Notes under the pieces: generated by a model
Told to the model about the DNA's origin: nothing
What the model saw: the letters and a program-made list of their open reading frames with translations, nothing else
Databases searched by the model: none
Source of the DNA: Ideonella sp.
Lineage (GTDB): Bacteria > Pseudomonadota > Gammaproteobacteria > Burkholderiales > Burkholderiaceae_C
Assembly (NCBI RefSeq): GCF_041914305.1
Contig: NZ_JAYSDQ010000026.1
Location: 17,944 to 81,943 of the forward strand
Reading direction: 5' to 3'
Length of the DNA: 64,000 nucleotides
Translations under genes and position numbers: made by a program
Part shown: in pieces, positions 46,215-57,672 of the stretch
How the letters are laid out: every line of letters begins with the position of its first letter
Position numbering within the stretch: position 1 is the stretch's first letter

Positions 46215-46662
46215 GTTTCGAACCGCCGTTTTGACGCTGGTGCTGGGCACCGGCTTGCTGGCCACCGCCAGCGCCCAGAACATGGGCCAGCCGCAGGACC
46301 TGCCCACCGTGACGCTGCATGCCGGCATGCACAACATCGTTGCCCAGGTCGCCAAGACCAGCGAGCAGCGGCAGATCGGCCTGATGTTCCGCAAGGAGAT
46401 GGCCGGCCACGAAGGCATGATCTTCGTCTTCGACGACCCGGCCACCCAGTGTTTCTGGATGCGCAACACGCTGATCCCGCTGTCGGCCGCCTTCGTGGCC
46501 GACGACGGCAGCATCGTCAACATCGAAGACATGAAGCCACTGAGCGACCAGTCGCACTGCTCGACCAAGCCGGTGCGCTATGTGCTGGAGATGAACCAGG
46601 GCTGGTTCGCCAAGCGGGGCCTGAAGGCCGGCACCAAGCTGACCGGGCCATTGTTTCGGTGA
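46201..46662 (+). CDS. DUF192 domain protein
   Basis: Signal peptide, GLMFR, GMIFVF, FWMRNTLIPLSAAF, YVLEMNQGWF. Confidence 0.9.
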   Translation: MTLIKFRTAVLTLVLGTGLLATASAQNMGQPQDLPTVTLHAGMHNIVAQVAKTSEQRQIGLMFRKEMAGHEGMIFVFDDPATQCFWMRNTLIPLSAAFVADDGSIVNIEDMKPLSDQSHCSTKPVRYVLEMNQGWFAKRGLKAGTKLTGPLFR

Positions 46663-46685
46663 GCCTCCACGCCCTCTTCCGGGGG

Positions 46686-46732
46686 CTGCCCCCCGAGGGG
46701 GGCCGCGCAGCGGACCGGCAAAGCCGGCTCCG
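46686..46732. repeat. REP-like double hairpin between convergent genes
   Basis: CCCCC-GA-GGGGG followed by GCGGACCGGC-AAA-GCCGGCTCCGC. Confidence 0.5.
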
Positions 46733-46784
46733 CGCACGCCACTTGCGATGAGCGGCGCAGCGCGCGCTCAGGAGAGCACGCGAG

Positions 46785-48218
46785 TCAGCTCCCCAAACGG
46801 ATCGTGAATCGCAGGCCCTCGAAATCGGGCCGCGATTGCGCTTCGATCTGCCCGCCCAGGCGCAGCACCACCTCGCGCGCGATCGTCAGGCCCAGGCCGG
46901 TGCCGCCGTCGTTGCGCAGGTCGGCCCGCTCACCGCGCCAGAACGGCTCGAACAGATGCGGCAGCTGGGCGGGCGACACGCCGGGGCCGTCGTCTTCGAC
47001 CACCACCTCGGCGCCACCGTCGGGCCGCGGCGACACGCGCAGGGTCACTTTCGGGCCGCCGTAGCGCAGCGCGTTGTCGAGCAGGTTGTTGACCACCTCG
47101 CCCAGCCACAGCGGGTGGGCGCGGGCCGGCACCGGCTCGTCCGGCGCTTCGAGCACGATGCTGCGGCCCTGGCGCAGCGCCTGCAGCACCAGCGGCTCGG
47201 CCGATTCACGCAGCAGCGGCACCACGTCCATCGTCTGGTGCTCGCCGTCGACCGACAACGCGGTCTCCGACCGGGCCAGGCTCAGCAGTTGGCCGATCAG
47301 GCGCGACAGCCGGTCGGTCGAGCGCTCGAGCTGCGCCAGCAGCGGGCGCCAGGCCGGCTCGCCGGCCGGAGCATCGCCGGGCGGCGCGGACAGCTCCTGC
47401 GCCAGGCTCTGCGCCAGCACGCGGATGCCGGCCACCGGCGTGCGCAGCTGGTGCGCCGCATCGGCGACGAAACGCCGCTGCAGGTGGATCGACTGCTCCA
47501 CGTCCGCCAGCAGGCTGTTGATGCGCTCGATCAGCGGCACCGCTTCGCGCGGCACATGCTGCATCGGCAGCGGCCGCCAGTCTTGGGCATCGCGCAGCGC
47601 CACGTCGGTGGCCACGTCGCGCAACGGCTGCAGGCCGCGGCGGATGCCCCAGCCGATCATCGCGAAGGTCACCGCGCCGAGCGCCAGCGCCGGCAGCACG
47701 ATCGACAGCTGCAGGTCGCGCATCAGCACCGCGCGCTTGTTCTTGGTCTCGACCACCACCACTGACACCGAGCGGTCGAGCATCGGCGAGGTGATCGAGA
47801 AGACGGCACCGCGCACCGGGTCGCCGTCGTATTCGGCGTCGAACAGGCGCGGCTGCGAAAAGCTGGACTGGCGCAGCTTGGTGGTCGGCACCGGCACATG
47901 GGTGTCGCCGGCCAGCGGGTTGCCCTCGACGTCGACCATCAGGAAGCCGTTGCGGTCATCGCGGTCCCAGGTGACCAGCTCCATCGCCTGGCGCGACAGG
48001 TCGAGCAGCGGCCCGCGGTCGGACCAGGTGACCTTGGCGGCCAGCGCGCTGACTTCGTCTTGCAGGCCACGGTCGAAGGCCAGGTTGGCGCTGGTGCGCG
48101 CCAGCCAGTAGGCCCCGATCACCGCCGCCAGCAGGCCGATGCCCCAGCTCCACAGCAGCGGCCGCAGCAACGCGCGGCGAACGCTGGGGCCGTGGGCGGG
48201 CAAGTCAGGGGTGGTCAT
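46785..48218 (-). CDS. Sensor histidine kinase (TctE/QseC-like)
   Basis: Two TMs, FVADAAHQLRTP H-box, NLLDNALRY, EDDGPG, GTGLGL. Confidence 0.92.
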   Translation of the reverse strand: MTTPDLPAHGPSVRRALLRPLLWSWGIGLLAAVIGAYWLARTSANLAFDRGLQDEVSALAAKVTWSDRGPLLDLSRQAMELVTWDRDDRNGFLMVDVEGNPLAGDTHVPVPTTKLRQSSFSQPRLFDAEYDGDPVRGAVFSITSPMLDRSVSVVVVETKNKRAVLMRDLQLSIVLPALALGAVTFAMIGWGIRRGLQPLRDVATDVALRDAQDWRPLPMQHVPREAVPLIERINSLLADVEQSIHLQRRFVADAAHQLRTPVAGIRVLAQSLAQELSAPPGDAPAGEPAWRPLLAQLERSTDRLSRLIGQLLSLARSETALSVDGEHQTMDVVPLLRESAEPLVLQALRQGRSIVLEAPDEPVPARAHPLWLGEVVNNLLDNALRYGGPKVTLRVSPRPDGGAEVVVEDDGPGVSPAQLPHLFEPFWRGERADLRNDGGTGLGLTIAREVVLRLGGQIEAQSRPDFEGLRFTIRLGS

Positions 48219-48918
48219 CGGCGCCGGATGGGTCGGCGGCTGCGCCACCCGGCGTGGCGGCCTCCATCACATAGCCGAAGCCACGCACGGTGCGGATCAC
48301 CACGCCCAGGTCGGCAAAGCGCTTGCGCAGGCGGTGCACATAGACCTCGACCGAGTTCTCGCTGAAGTCGGCTTCCCAGCTCGACATGCGGGCGACGATC
48401 GAATCTTTCGGCACGACACGGCCGGCCTTTTGCATCAGCAGCTCGGTCAGCGCCAGCTCGCGCGGGCTCAAGCTGATGCGCTGGCCGTGGTGCGTCAACT
48501 CGCGGTGGGCGATGTCGAGCTTCAGCTCGCCCAGCTGCAGCACCTCGTCGATGCGGCCTTGCGCGCGGCGCTTCAAGGCGCGGATGCGGGCCAGCAGCTC
48601 GGGCAGGTCGAAGGGCTTGACGAGGTAGTCGTCGGCGCCAGCGTCCAGGCCCTGCACGCGGTCGCTCAGCTCGTCGCGCGCGGTCAGCAGCAGCACCGGC
48701 ATGCGAATGCCCTTGGCGCGCCAGTGGCGCAGCACCTCCATGCCGTCGCGCCGCGGCAGGCCGAGGTCGAGGATGCCCAGGTCGTACTGCCCCATCACGC
48801 CTTCGGTCATCGCCTGCTCGCCGTCGTGCAGCACATCGACCTGCCAGCCCTCGCGCTCCAGGCCGCGCGCCACGCCCAGGCTGAGCGCGGGGTCGTCTTC
48901 CACCAGCAGGATTCGCAT
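48205..48918 (-). CDS. OmpR-family response regulator
   Basis: MRILLVEDD, DLGLP, GADDYLVKPF, winged-helix VRGFGY. Confidence 0.94.
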   Translation of the reverse strand: MRILLVEDDPALSLGVARGLEREGWQVDVLHDGEQAMTEGVMGQYDLGILDLGLPRRDGMEVLRHWRAKGIRMPVLLLTARDELSDRVQGLDAGADDYLVKPFDLPELLARIRALKRRAQGRIDEVLQLGELKLDIAHRELTHHGQRISLSPRELALTELLMQKAGRVVPKDSIVARMSSWEADFSENSVEVYVHRLRKRFADLGVVIRTVRGFGYVMEAATPGGAAADPSGADDHP

Positions 48919-48960
48919 GTCGTCGCCTCGGTATCCCTCGTTGTGCCGGCGAGCGTAGCA

Positions 48961-48990
48961 AAAGAAAAAGCCGGCGCGAGGCCGGCTTCT
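48961..48990 (-). terminator. Rho-independent terminator after sodB
   Basis: AAGCCGGC-N5-GCCGGCTT stem with T tract on the minus strand. Confidence 0.7.
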
Positions 48991-49015
48991 ACGAATGGCG
49001 CGACTCGCGCAACAG

Positions 49016-49597
49016 TCAGGCGAAGTTCTTTTCGGCGAACGACCAGTTGACGAGGTTGTTCAGGAAGGTTTCAACAAACTTCGGGCGCAGATTGCGGAAG
49101 TCGATGTAGTAAGCGTGCTCCCACACGTCGACGGTCAACAGCGCCTTGTCGCCGGTGGTCAGCGGGGTGCCGGCGGCGCCCATGTTGACGATGTCGACCG
49201 AGCCATCGGCCTTCTTGACCAGCCAGGTCCAGCCCGAGCCGAAGTTGCCGACGGCGCTCTTCGTGAAGGCTTCCTTGAAGGCGGCGTAAGAGCCCCACTT
49301 GGCGTTGATGGCTTCGGCCAGCGCACCGCTGGGTTCACCGCCGCCGCCCTTCTTCAGGCAGTTCCAGAAGAAGGTGTGGTTCCAGATCTGGGCGGCGTTG
49401 TTGTAGATGCCGCCGCTGGACTTCTTGACGATGTCTTCGAGCGACAGGCCTTCGAACTCGGTGCCCTTTTGCAGGTTGTTCAGGTTCACCACATAGGCGT
49501 TGTGGTGCTTGCCGTGGTGGTATTCGAGCGTCTCGCGGCTCATGTGCGGAGCCAGGTCATCGAGGCCGAAGGGCAGCGGCGGCAGGGTGTGTTCCAT
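49016..49597 (-). CDS. sodB: Fe superoxide dismutase
   Basis: HHGKHH, NNAAQIWNHTFFW, FGSGW, DVWEHAYY. Confidence 0.95.
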   Translation of the reverse strand: MEHTLPPLPFGLDDLAPHMSRETLEYHHGKHHNAYVVNLNNLQKGTEFEGLSLEDIVKKSSGGIYNNAAQIWNHTFFWNCLKKGGGGEPSGALAEAINAKWGSYAAFKEAFTKSAVGNFGSGWTWLVKKADGSVDIVNMGAAGTPLTTGDKALLTVDVWEHAYYIDFRNLRPKFVETFLNNLVNWSFAEKNFA

Positions 49598-49698
49598 GCT
49601 TATTCCTTTCGAGGTGGGGCGCGCCGGCTTGCGCAGCGCGGGGCCAGTGAAACAGGGGCCGCGGGCATTGTAGGCAGCAGGCGGCGCCCGACTTGGCG

Positions 49699-51012
49699 CT
49701 AAGGGTGATCGGATTTTTTCGGCGTCGGGTCGACGTGGACCTCGGTCACCCGGGCGTCGGCGCTGCCGTCGGCCCACACCGCACGCAGGCTCTGGCCGGG
49801 TAGCAAGGCGTGTGCCGAGACGATGGCCTGGCCGTCGTCGGTTTCGACCCACGCATACCCACGCGCGAGCACGCGGCGCGGGTCGAGCGCGGCCAGGCGC
49901 TCGGCCCGCGCCTGCAGCCGGTCTTGCTGGCGCGCCTGGGCGCCGCGGGCCGCCTGTAGCAGGCGCTGGGTGCGATGCTGCAAGGCCATGCGTTGCATCT
50001 CGACCGCGCGGCCCAACGCCGCCTGGTGCCGCTGGGCCAGCGTGTTCAGGCGGCCCTGCTCAACCCGCAGCCGTTGCGCCGGGCGGTGCAGGCGCAGCGC
50101 CAGCGTGTCCAGCGTCTGCGCGGCGCTGTCGATGCGTTGATGTAGCCGGCGCGTCAGGATGTCGGCGCGCAGGGCCAGGCCTTGCAGCAGCGCGTCGCGC
50201 TCGGGCGCGGCCAGCTCGGCGGCCGCGGTTGGCGTCGGTGCCCGCAGGTCGGCGGCGAGGTCGGCCAGCGTGATGTCGGTTTCGTGGCCCACGCCGCAGA
50301 CCACCGGCAGGCGTGACGCCCGCACCGCGCGCACGACACGCTCGTCGTTGAAGGACCACAGGTCTTCCAGCGACCCACCGCCGCGGCAGAGCAGGATCAG
50401 GTCGCCATCGCCGACCGCGTTGGCCTGCGCCAGCGCCCGCACGATCGCCTCGGGCGCCTGCACGCCCTGCACCAGCGTGGGCACCAGCAGCACCTCGACC
50501 TGCGGCGCGCGGCGCGCCAGCGTGGTCAGCACATCGTGGATCGCGGCGCCGCTGGCCGAGGTGACGACCATCAGCCGGCGCGGGAACGGCGGCAACGGCC
50601 GCTTGCGCGCGGCGTCGAACACACCCTCGGCCTCGAGCTTGGCTTTCAGCCGCAGGAACTCTTCATAGAGATTGCCGGCGCCCACGCGCTGCATCGCCTC
50701 GACCACCATCTGCAGCTCACCGCGCGCCTCGTACACGGCCAGACGGCCACGCAGCTCGACCTGCTGCCCGTCCTGCGGGTTGAACTGCAGCATCATGGCC
50801 GCGCGGCGGAACATCGCACAGCGCAGGCCGGCCTGGCCACCGGCCCCGTCCTTCAAGGTGAAGTAGCAGTGGCCGCTGCTGGCACGGCTGAAGCCGGACA
50901 ACTCGCCGCGCACCGCGACCGCCGAGAAACGCGCGGCCAGCGCGTCGGACACGGCCAGCAGCAGACTCGCGACACCCCAGACCTGCGGGCCCGCCGCTGA
51001 ACTTGATTGCAT
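49699..51012 (-). CDS. xseA: Exodeoxyribonuclease VII large subunit
   Basis: GELSGF..SGHCYFTLKD, RGGGSLEDLWSFN, GVGHETD, RAPTPTAAAE. Confidence 0.95.
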   Translation of the reverse strand: MQSSSAAGPQVWGVASLLLAVSDALAARFSAVAVRGELSGFSRASSGHCYFTLKDGAGGQAGLRCAMFRRAAMMLQFNPQDGQQVELRGRLAVYEARGELQMVVEAMQRVGAGNLYEEFLRLKAKLEAEGVFDAARKRPLPPFPRRLMVVTSASGAAIHDVLTTLARRAPQVEVLLVPTLVQGVQAPEAIVRALAQANAVGDGDLILLCRGGGSLEDLWSFNDERVVRAVRASRLPVVCGVGHETDITLADLAADLRAPTPTAAAELAAPERDALLQGLALRADILTRRLHQRIDSAAQTLDTLALRLHRPAQRLRVEQGRLNTLAQRHQAALGRAVEMQRMALQHRTQRLLQAARGAQARQQDRLQARAERLAALDPRRVLARGYAWVETDDGQAIVSAHALLPGQSLRAVWADGSADARVTEVHVDPTPKKSDHP

Positions 51013-51222
51013 CAGGTTGTTCACTGGCGACACAGCGCCTTATTTTTGGGCAACGGCACGGAAACCCGCACCATTGCACGCTTTGCGAAGGTTGCGCGCC
51101 GCTTTCCCACAGTGTTTTCCACACTCGCTGTGGACAGATGACAAACGTGTGACGGCTGGCCGAGCCTGGCGATCAGTTCATAATCGCGCGTCTTCGTTTC
51201 AGGCCTTGCGCCTTCAGGCATC

Positions 51223-51864
51223 TTGCTGTCGATCATACAAGCCGCCGGCTGGCCCATCTGGCCGTTGATCCTGTGTTCCGTGGCCGCGCTCGCCCTGGTC
51301 ATTGAACGAGGTGTTGCACTGCGCCGCGCGCAAGTCGCGCCGCCCGGTCTGGTCGACGAGGTGCTGCAGGTGCTGCGCCAAGGCGTGCCGTCCAGCGACG
51401 TGCTGAACAAGCTGTCCGCCAACTCCACGCTCGGTGCGCTGCTGTCTGCCGGCATCCGCCTCGTGGCGCAAGACCCGCGCTGCAGCGAGACGCTGCTGCG
51501 CGATGGCTTCGAAGCCGCCGGCCGCAGCGCTGCCCATCAGCTGGAGCGCTACTTGAACGCGCTGGCCACCATCGCCTCGGCCGCCCCGCTGCTGGGCCTG
51601 CTGGGCACGGTGATCGGCATGATCGAGATCTTCGGCTCGCAATCGCCGGGCAGCTCTGGTGCCAACCCGGCGCAGCTGGCGCACGGCATTTCGGTGGCGC
51701 TGTACAACACCGCGTTCGGCCTGATGGTCGCGATCCCGTCGCTGATGTGCCACCGCTACTTCCGCGGCCGCGTCAACGACTACCTGCACGACATGGAGCA
51801 AGGCGCCGAGCGCGTGCTGCACCACCTGCTGCGCATGGAGCGCTCGTCGGGGTCGAAGCGATGA
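51223..51864 (+). CDS. MotA/TolQ/ExbB proton channel protein
   Basis: TIASAAPLLGLLGTVIGMI, GISVALYNTAFGL. Confidence 0.92.
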   Translation: MLSIIQAAGWPIWPLILCSVAALALVIERGVALRRAQVAPPGLVDEVLQVLRQGVPSSDVLNKLSANSTLGALLSAGIRLVAQDPRCSETLLRDGFEAAGRSAAHQLERYLNALATIASAAPLLGLLGTVIGMIEIFGSQSPGSSGANPAQLAHGISVALYNTAFGLMVAIPSLMCHRYFRGRVNDYLHDMEQGAERVLHHLLRMERSSGSKR

Positions 51865-52295
51865 ACTTCCGCGGCGACCGCAGCGACGAGCCGGAGATCA
51901 ACCTGATCCCGTTCATCGACGTCTTGCTGGTCATCCTGATCTTCCTGATGCTGTCGACGACCTACTCGAAGTTCACCGAGTTGCAGTTGACGCTGCCCGC
52001 CGCCGATGCCGACCAGGCGCGCGACCGGCCGTCGGAAATCATCGTCGCGGTGTCGGCCGATGGCCGCTACTCGGTCGAGAAGCAACCGGTCGAAGGCCGC
52101 AGCGTCGAGCTGCTGGCGGCCGCCCTGCGCGCCGCGGCCGAGCAACGCCAGGACCCGTTCCTGATCATCTCGGCCGATGCCACCGCGGCACACCAGTCGG
52201 TCATCAACGTGCTCGACGCTGCACGCCGCGCCGGCCTGCCCCGCGTGACCTTCGCGGCGCAGAGCTCGGCCGCCGCTGCGGGCACCAGCCCTTGA
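51861..52295 (+). CDS. ExbD/TolR family protein
   Basis: EINLIPFIDVLLVILIFLM; ISADA..HQSVINVLD. Confidence 0.92.
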   Translation: MNFRGDRSDEPEINLIPFIDVLLVILIFLMLSTTYSKFTELQLTLPAADADQARDRPSEIIVAVSADGRYSVEKQPVEGRSVELLAAALRAAAEQRQDPFLIISADATAAHQSVINVLDAARRAGLPRVTFAAQSSAAAAGTSP

Positions 52296-52328
52296 TCGGC
52301 TCGCCCGGCCGCTGACGCCGCGCCGGCG

Positions 52329-53399
52329 ATGAGCACACCGCCACCGGCGCGTTCCACCGCCTCGTGGGCCACGGCCCTGCAGGCGCAATGGTGGCGGCCC
52401 AAGGTCAGCCTGGCGATGCGGCTGCTGCAGCCGCTGGCCGCGCTGTACGCCGCGTTGGCCGCGTGCCACCGCTGGTGGCAGCGCCGGCAGGCCGCGCCCA
52501 CCCTGGGCCGGCCCGTCATCGTCGTAGGCAACCTGGTGGTCGGCGGCGCCGGCAAGACCCCCACCGTGATCGCATTGATCGACTGGCTGCGGCAGCAAGG
52601 CTGGCAGCCGGGCGTGGTGTCGCGGGGCTACGGCCGCACCGATGACCAGGCCCTGGTCGAGGTGCACGCCGACTCGCCCGCCGCACAGGTCGGCGACGAA
52701 CCGCTGCTGATCCGCCGCCGCACCGGTGCCCCGATGGTGGTGGGCCGCGACCGCGTGGCCGCCGCCGGCATGCTGTGGGCGCGGCACCCCGAGGTCGACA
52801 TCCTCGTGTCGGACGACGGGCTGCAGCACCACCGTTTACCGCGTGACGTGGAGGTGGTGGTGTTCGACGGCCGCGGCGCCGGCAACGGCCTGACGCTGCC
52901 CGCCGGCCCGCTGCGGCAAGGCCTGCCGCACACCCTGCCCCCGCAAATGCTGGTGCTGTACAACGCCGTGCAGCCGAGCACGCCACTGCCCGGCACCGTG
53001 GCCCAGCGCCGGTTGACAGGCGCCTTGCCGCTGGCCGATTGGTGGCGCGGCCACGCCGCCCAGGCACAGCCCCTGTCCGCCTTGCAAGGCCGCCCGCTGC
53101 TGGCCGCCGCCGGCATGGGCGAGCCCGAGCGCTTCTTTGGCATGCTCGAGCAAGCCGGCCTGACGATCGATCGACTGCCGCTGCCCGACCACGCCAGCTT
53201 CACCCCCCTGCCCTGGCCGGCCGGCACTGGCGACGTGCTGGTGACCGAAAAAGACGCGGTCAAACTGCGGCCCGACCAGGTCGGCAAGGCCCGCGTCTGG
53301 GTCGTGGCGCTAGACTTTGCGCTTCCGCCGGAATTCACCGAAGCGCTGCGACAGCGTCTTCCGCCACGGGCCGCCGTGCCCTTCAAAACAACACGATAG
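52329..53399 (+). CDS. lpxK: Tetraacyldisaccharide 4'-kinase
   Basis: [37 protein letters not shown]. Confidence 0.95.
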   Translation: MSTPPPARSTASWATALQAQWWRPKVSLAMRLLQPLAALYAALAACHRWWQRRQAAPTLGRPVIVVGNLVVGGAGKTPTVIALIDWLRQQGWQPGVVSRGYGRTDDQALVEVHADSPAAQVGDEPLLIRRRTGAPMVVGRDRVAAAGMLWARHPEVDILVSDDGLQHHRLPRDVEVVVFDGRGAGNGLTLPAGPLRQGLPHTLPPQMLVLYNAVQPSTPLPGTVAQRRLTGALPLADWWRGHAAQAQPLSALQGRPLLAAAGMGEPERFFGMLEQAGLTIDRLPLPDHASFTPLPWPAGTGDVLVTEKDAVKLRPDQVGKARVWVVALDFALPPEFTEALRQRLPPRAAVPFKTTR

Positions 53400-53401
53400 A
53401 C

Positions 53402-53607
53402 ATGGACCACCGCTTGACCGAGATGCTGGTATGCCCGGTGTGCAAAGGGCCGCTGCAATTGCGCCGCGACGAGGCTTCGCGCCCGGTGGATCTGCTGTGT
53501 GCGGCCGACCGCCTGGCCTTTCCGATCCGCGACGGCATCCCGGTGATGCTGGAAAGCGAAGCCCGGCACCTCGACGCCGGCAGCCCAGCGACGGCGCAGG
53601 GCGAGTG

Positions 53608-53608
<1 letters not shown>
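53402..53608 (+). CDS. Trm112 family (YcaR-like) protein
   Basis: [22 protein letters not shown] between lpxK and kdsB. Confidence 0.9.
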
Positions 53609-55234
<1,626 letters not shown>

Positions 55235-55335
55235 CAGACCCGATCACCACCTGACGCGGGGCGCGCCCCGCACAGCAAATCGCCAAGCGGCCGGCACGTG
55301 CAAACGTTCCGGCCGCTTCTGCTTTTGTCGCACAA

Positions 55336-55357
55336 TTGACGTTTACGTCAACGTCAA
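55336..55357. promoter_or_regulatory. Palindromic operator resembling LiuR (MerR-family) sites
   Basis: TTGACGT-TTACGTCA-ACGTCAA, 40 nt upstream of a 3-hydroxyacyl-CoA dehydrogenase gene. Confidence 0.55.
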
Positions 55358-55397
55358 CCGAGGCACCCATGCCTCGGTGCAGCACTAGGAGCACAAC

Positions 55398-56156
55398 ATG
55401 GACATCTCCGGCAAGGTCTTCATCGTCACCGGGGGCGCTTCGGGCCTGGGCGAAGGCACCGCCCGCATGCTGACCGCCAACGGCGGCAAAGTGGTCATCG
55501 CCGACCTGCAGGTCGACAAGGGCGAGGCACTGGCGAAAGAACTCGGCGGCGTGTTCGTGCGCTGCGACGTCAGCCAAGAGGCCGACGGCCGCGCCGTGGT
55601 GGCCGCCGCCACCGGGCTGGGCAAGCTGATGGGCCTGGTCAACTGCGCCGGCATCGCCCCGGCGATCAAGACTGTCGGCAAGGACGGCGCTCACCCGCTC
55701 GACACCTTCACCAAGGTGATCATGGTCAACCTGGTCGGCAGCTTCAACATGATCCGCCTGGCCGCCGAAGCGATGTGCAAGAACGAGCCCGAGGCCACCG
55801 GCGAGCGCGGCGTGATGATCAGCACCGCCAGCGTCGCGGCCTACGATGGCCAGATCGGCCAAGCCGCCTACGCGGCCAGCAAGGGCGGCGTGGTCGGCAT
55901 GACGCTGCCGGTCGCGCGCGACCTGGCTCGCAACGGCATCCGCAACATGACCATTGCCCCGGGCATTTTCGGCACGCCGATGCTGTTCTCGATGCCGCAA
56001 GAGGTGCAGGACGCACTGGCCGCCAGCGTGCCCTTCCCCAGCCGCCTGGGCCGTCCAGAAGACTACGCCAAGCTGGTGCACCAGATCATCACCAACGACA
56101 TGCTCAACGGCGAAGTGATCCGCCTGGACGGCGCGATCCGCATGGCGCCGAAGTAA
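55398..56156 (+). CDS. 3-hydroxyacyl-CoA dehydrogenase type II (SDR)
   Basis: [47 protein letters not shown]. Confidence 0.9.
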   Translation: MDISGKVFIVTGGASGLGEGTARMLTANGGKVVIADLQVDKGEALAKELGGVFVRCDVSQEADGRAVVAAATGLGKLMGLVNCAGIAPAIKTVGKDGAHPLDTFTKVIMVNLVGSFNMIRLAAEAMCKNEPEATGERGVMISTASVAAYDGQIGQAAYAASKGGVVGMTLPVARDLARNGIRNMTIAPGIFGTPMLFSMPQEVQDALAASVPFPSRLGRPEDYAKLVHQIITNDMLNGEVIRLDGAIRMAPK

Positions 56157-56277
56157 CCCGGTACCGCGCGACGGCGCCATCGTGGTGACCCGATCATGGG
56201 TCACCCGCATCGACGCGCGATCATCGGCGGCGGAAAATGATCGCCTTCGGCCCACAGTCGGGCCAAGGTGCTCGCCG

Positions 56278-57573
56278 ATGTCTGTTTCCTCGTCACTTCT
56301 TCCGCAATTGGCAGAGCTCGAGGCCCGAGCACTCGGCGCCGAACGGCAGGGGCGCCTGGCCGAGGCCTTGACCAGTTGGCGCGAGGTGCTGGCGCTGAAC
56401 CCCGAGCACCCGCGGGCCCTGATCGCCAGCGGCTTCGACGCCCACCAGCGCGGCGACCTGGCCAGCGCACGCGAGCAGTACGCGCGCGCGGCGAAACTCA
56501 CCAAAGACGACCCGGGCCCGTGGATCAACGTTGCCCGCATCTGCCGGCAGCAGAAAGACGATGCTGGCGAAGAGCAGGCGCTGTTCGAAGCGCTGACGAT
56601 CGACGCGAGCGACCTGCTGGCCCTGCTGCTGCGCGGCCAACTGCACGAGCGCCTGGGCCGCACCAAAGAGGCGGCCAGTTCCTACACCGCTGCCTGCATC
56701 GTGGCGCCACCGCCAGAACGGCTGCGGCCCGATCTACGGCCGATGGTGGCCCACGCCGCGGCCGTTCGCGACCGGCACAACAAGCTGCTGGCCGATCATC
56801 TGCTGGGGGCGTTGGCCAAAGGCTTTGCCCAGCACCAGGGCGAAGACCTCGACCGGTTTCGCCTGTCGGTCGACATCATGCTCGGCCGGCGCCAGCGCTT
56901 CGACTCGAAGCCCGCGCAGTTCTACCTGCCCAACGTGCCGGCGGTCGAGTTCTTCGATCGGCAGCAGTTCCCGTGGCTGGACGAGATCGAGGCCGGCACC
57001 GAGCAGATCCGCGAAGAGTTTCTCGCCGTCTTGCCGTCGGACGAAGGCTTCGCGCCCTATATCACCTACCGCAGCGACCAGCCGCTGAACCAGTGGGTCG
57101 AGCTGAACAACTCGCCGCGCTGGAGCGCCTACCACCTGCTCAAGGATGGGCAACGCGCCGAGCCCGGCGCCAGCCGTTGCCCGCAGACGATGGCTCTGCT
57201 GGCGAAAGCCCCCCAGCCCGACCAACCGGGCCGCACGCCGGTGGCCATGTTCTCGCTGCTGAAGCCGCACACCCGCATCCCGCCGCACCACGGCGTCAGC
57301 AACGCGCGGCTGCTGGTGCACCTGCCGCTGATCGTGCCCGAAGGCTGCGGCTTTCGTGTCGGCAACCAGACCCGCCAATGGGAGCCCGGCAAGGCCTGGG
57401 TGTTCGACGACACCATCGAACACGAGGCCTGGAACAACAGCGACAAGCTGCGCGTGATCCTCATCTTCGACATCTGGCATCCGTCACTCACGTCGGGCGA
57501 GCAGGCGATGATGACGATGATGTCGTCGGCGCTGAACGATTTCTCGGGGCCAGGCGAAGGCTATGGCGCTTGA
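56278..57573 (+). CDS. TPR-containing aspartyl/asparaginyl beta-hydroxylase family 2OG-Fe(II) oxygenase
   Basis: N-terminal TPR-like helices; FSLLKPHTRIPPHHG..HLPLIVP..W.PG..FDDTIEHEAWN. Confidence 0.88.
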   Translation: MSVSSSLLPQLAELEARALGAERQGRLAEALTSWREVLALNPEHPRALIASGFDAHQRGDLASAREQYARAAKLTKDDPGPWINVARICRQQKDDAGEEQALFEALTIDASDLLALLLRGQLHERLGRTKEAASSYTAACIVAPPPERLRPDLRPMVAHAAAVRDRHNKLLADHLLGALAKGFAQHQGEDLDRFRLSVDIMLGRRQRFDSKPAQFYLPNVPAVEFFDRQQFPWLDEIEAGTEQIREEFLAVLPSDEGFAPYITYRSDQPLNQWVELNNSPRWSAYHLLKDGQRAEPGASRCPQTMALLAKAPQPDQPGRTPVAMFSLLKPHTRIPPHHGVSNARLLVHLPLIVPEGCGFRVGNQTRQWEPGKAWVFDDTIEHEAWNNSDKLRVILIFDIWHPSLTSGEQAMMTMMSSALNDFSGPGEGYGA

Positions 57574-57672
57574 TGCGCGGCCGCGCTGCAGGGCACACGC
57601 AGCCACCTGAACTGCGCTGGTCGGCAAGGAACGGGCCGTTGTGGCGAGCCGGCCGCGGCACACTGAACCGCT

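Noticed and set aside
56186-56206. GTGACCC-N6-GGGTCAC hairpin after the SDR gene
   Set aside because: No U-tract and single occurrence; function cannot be supported
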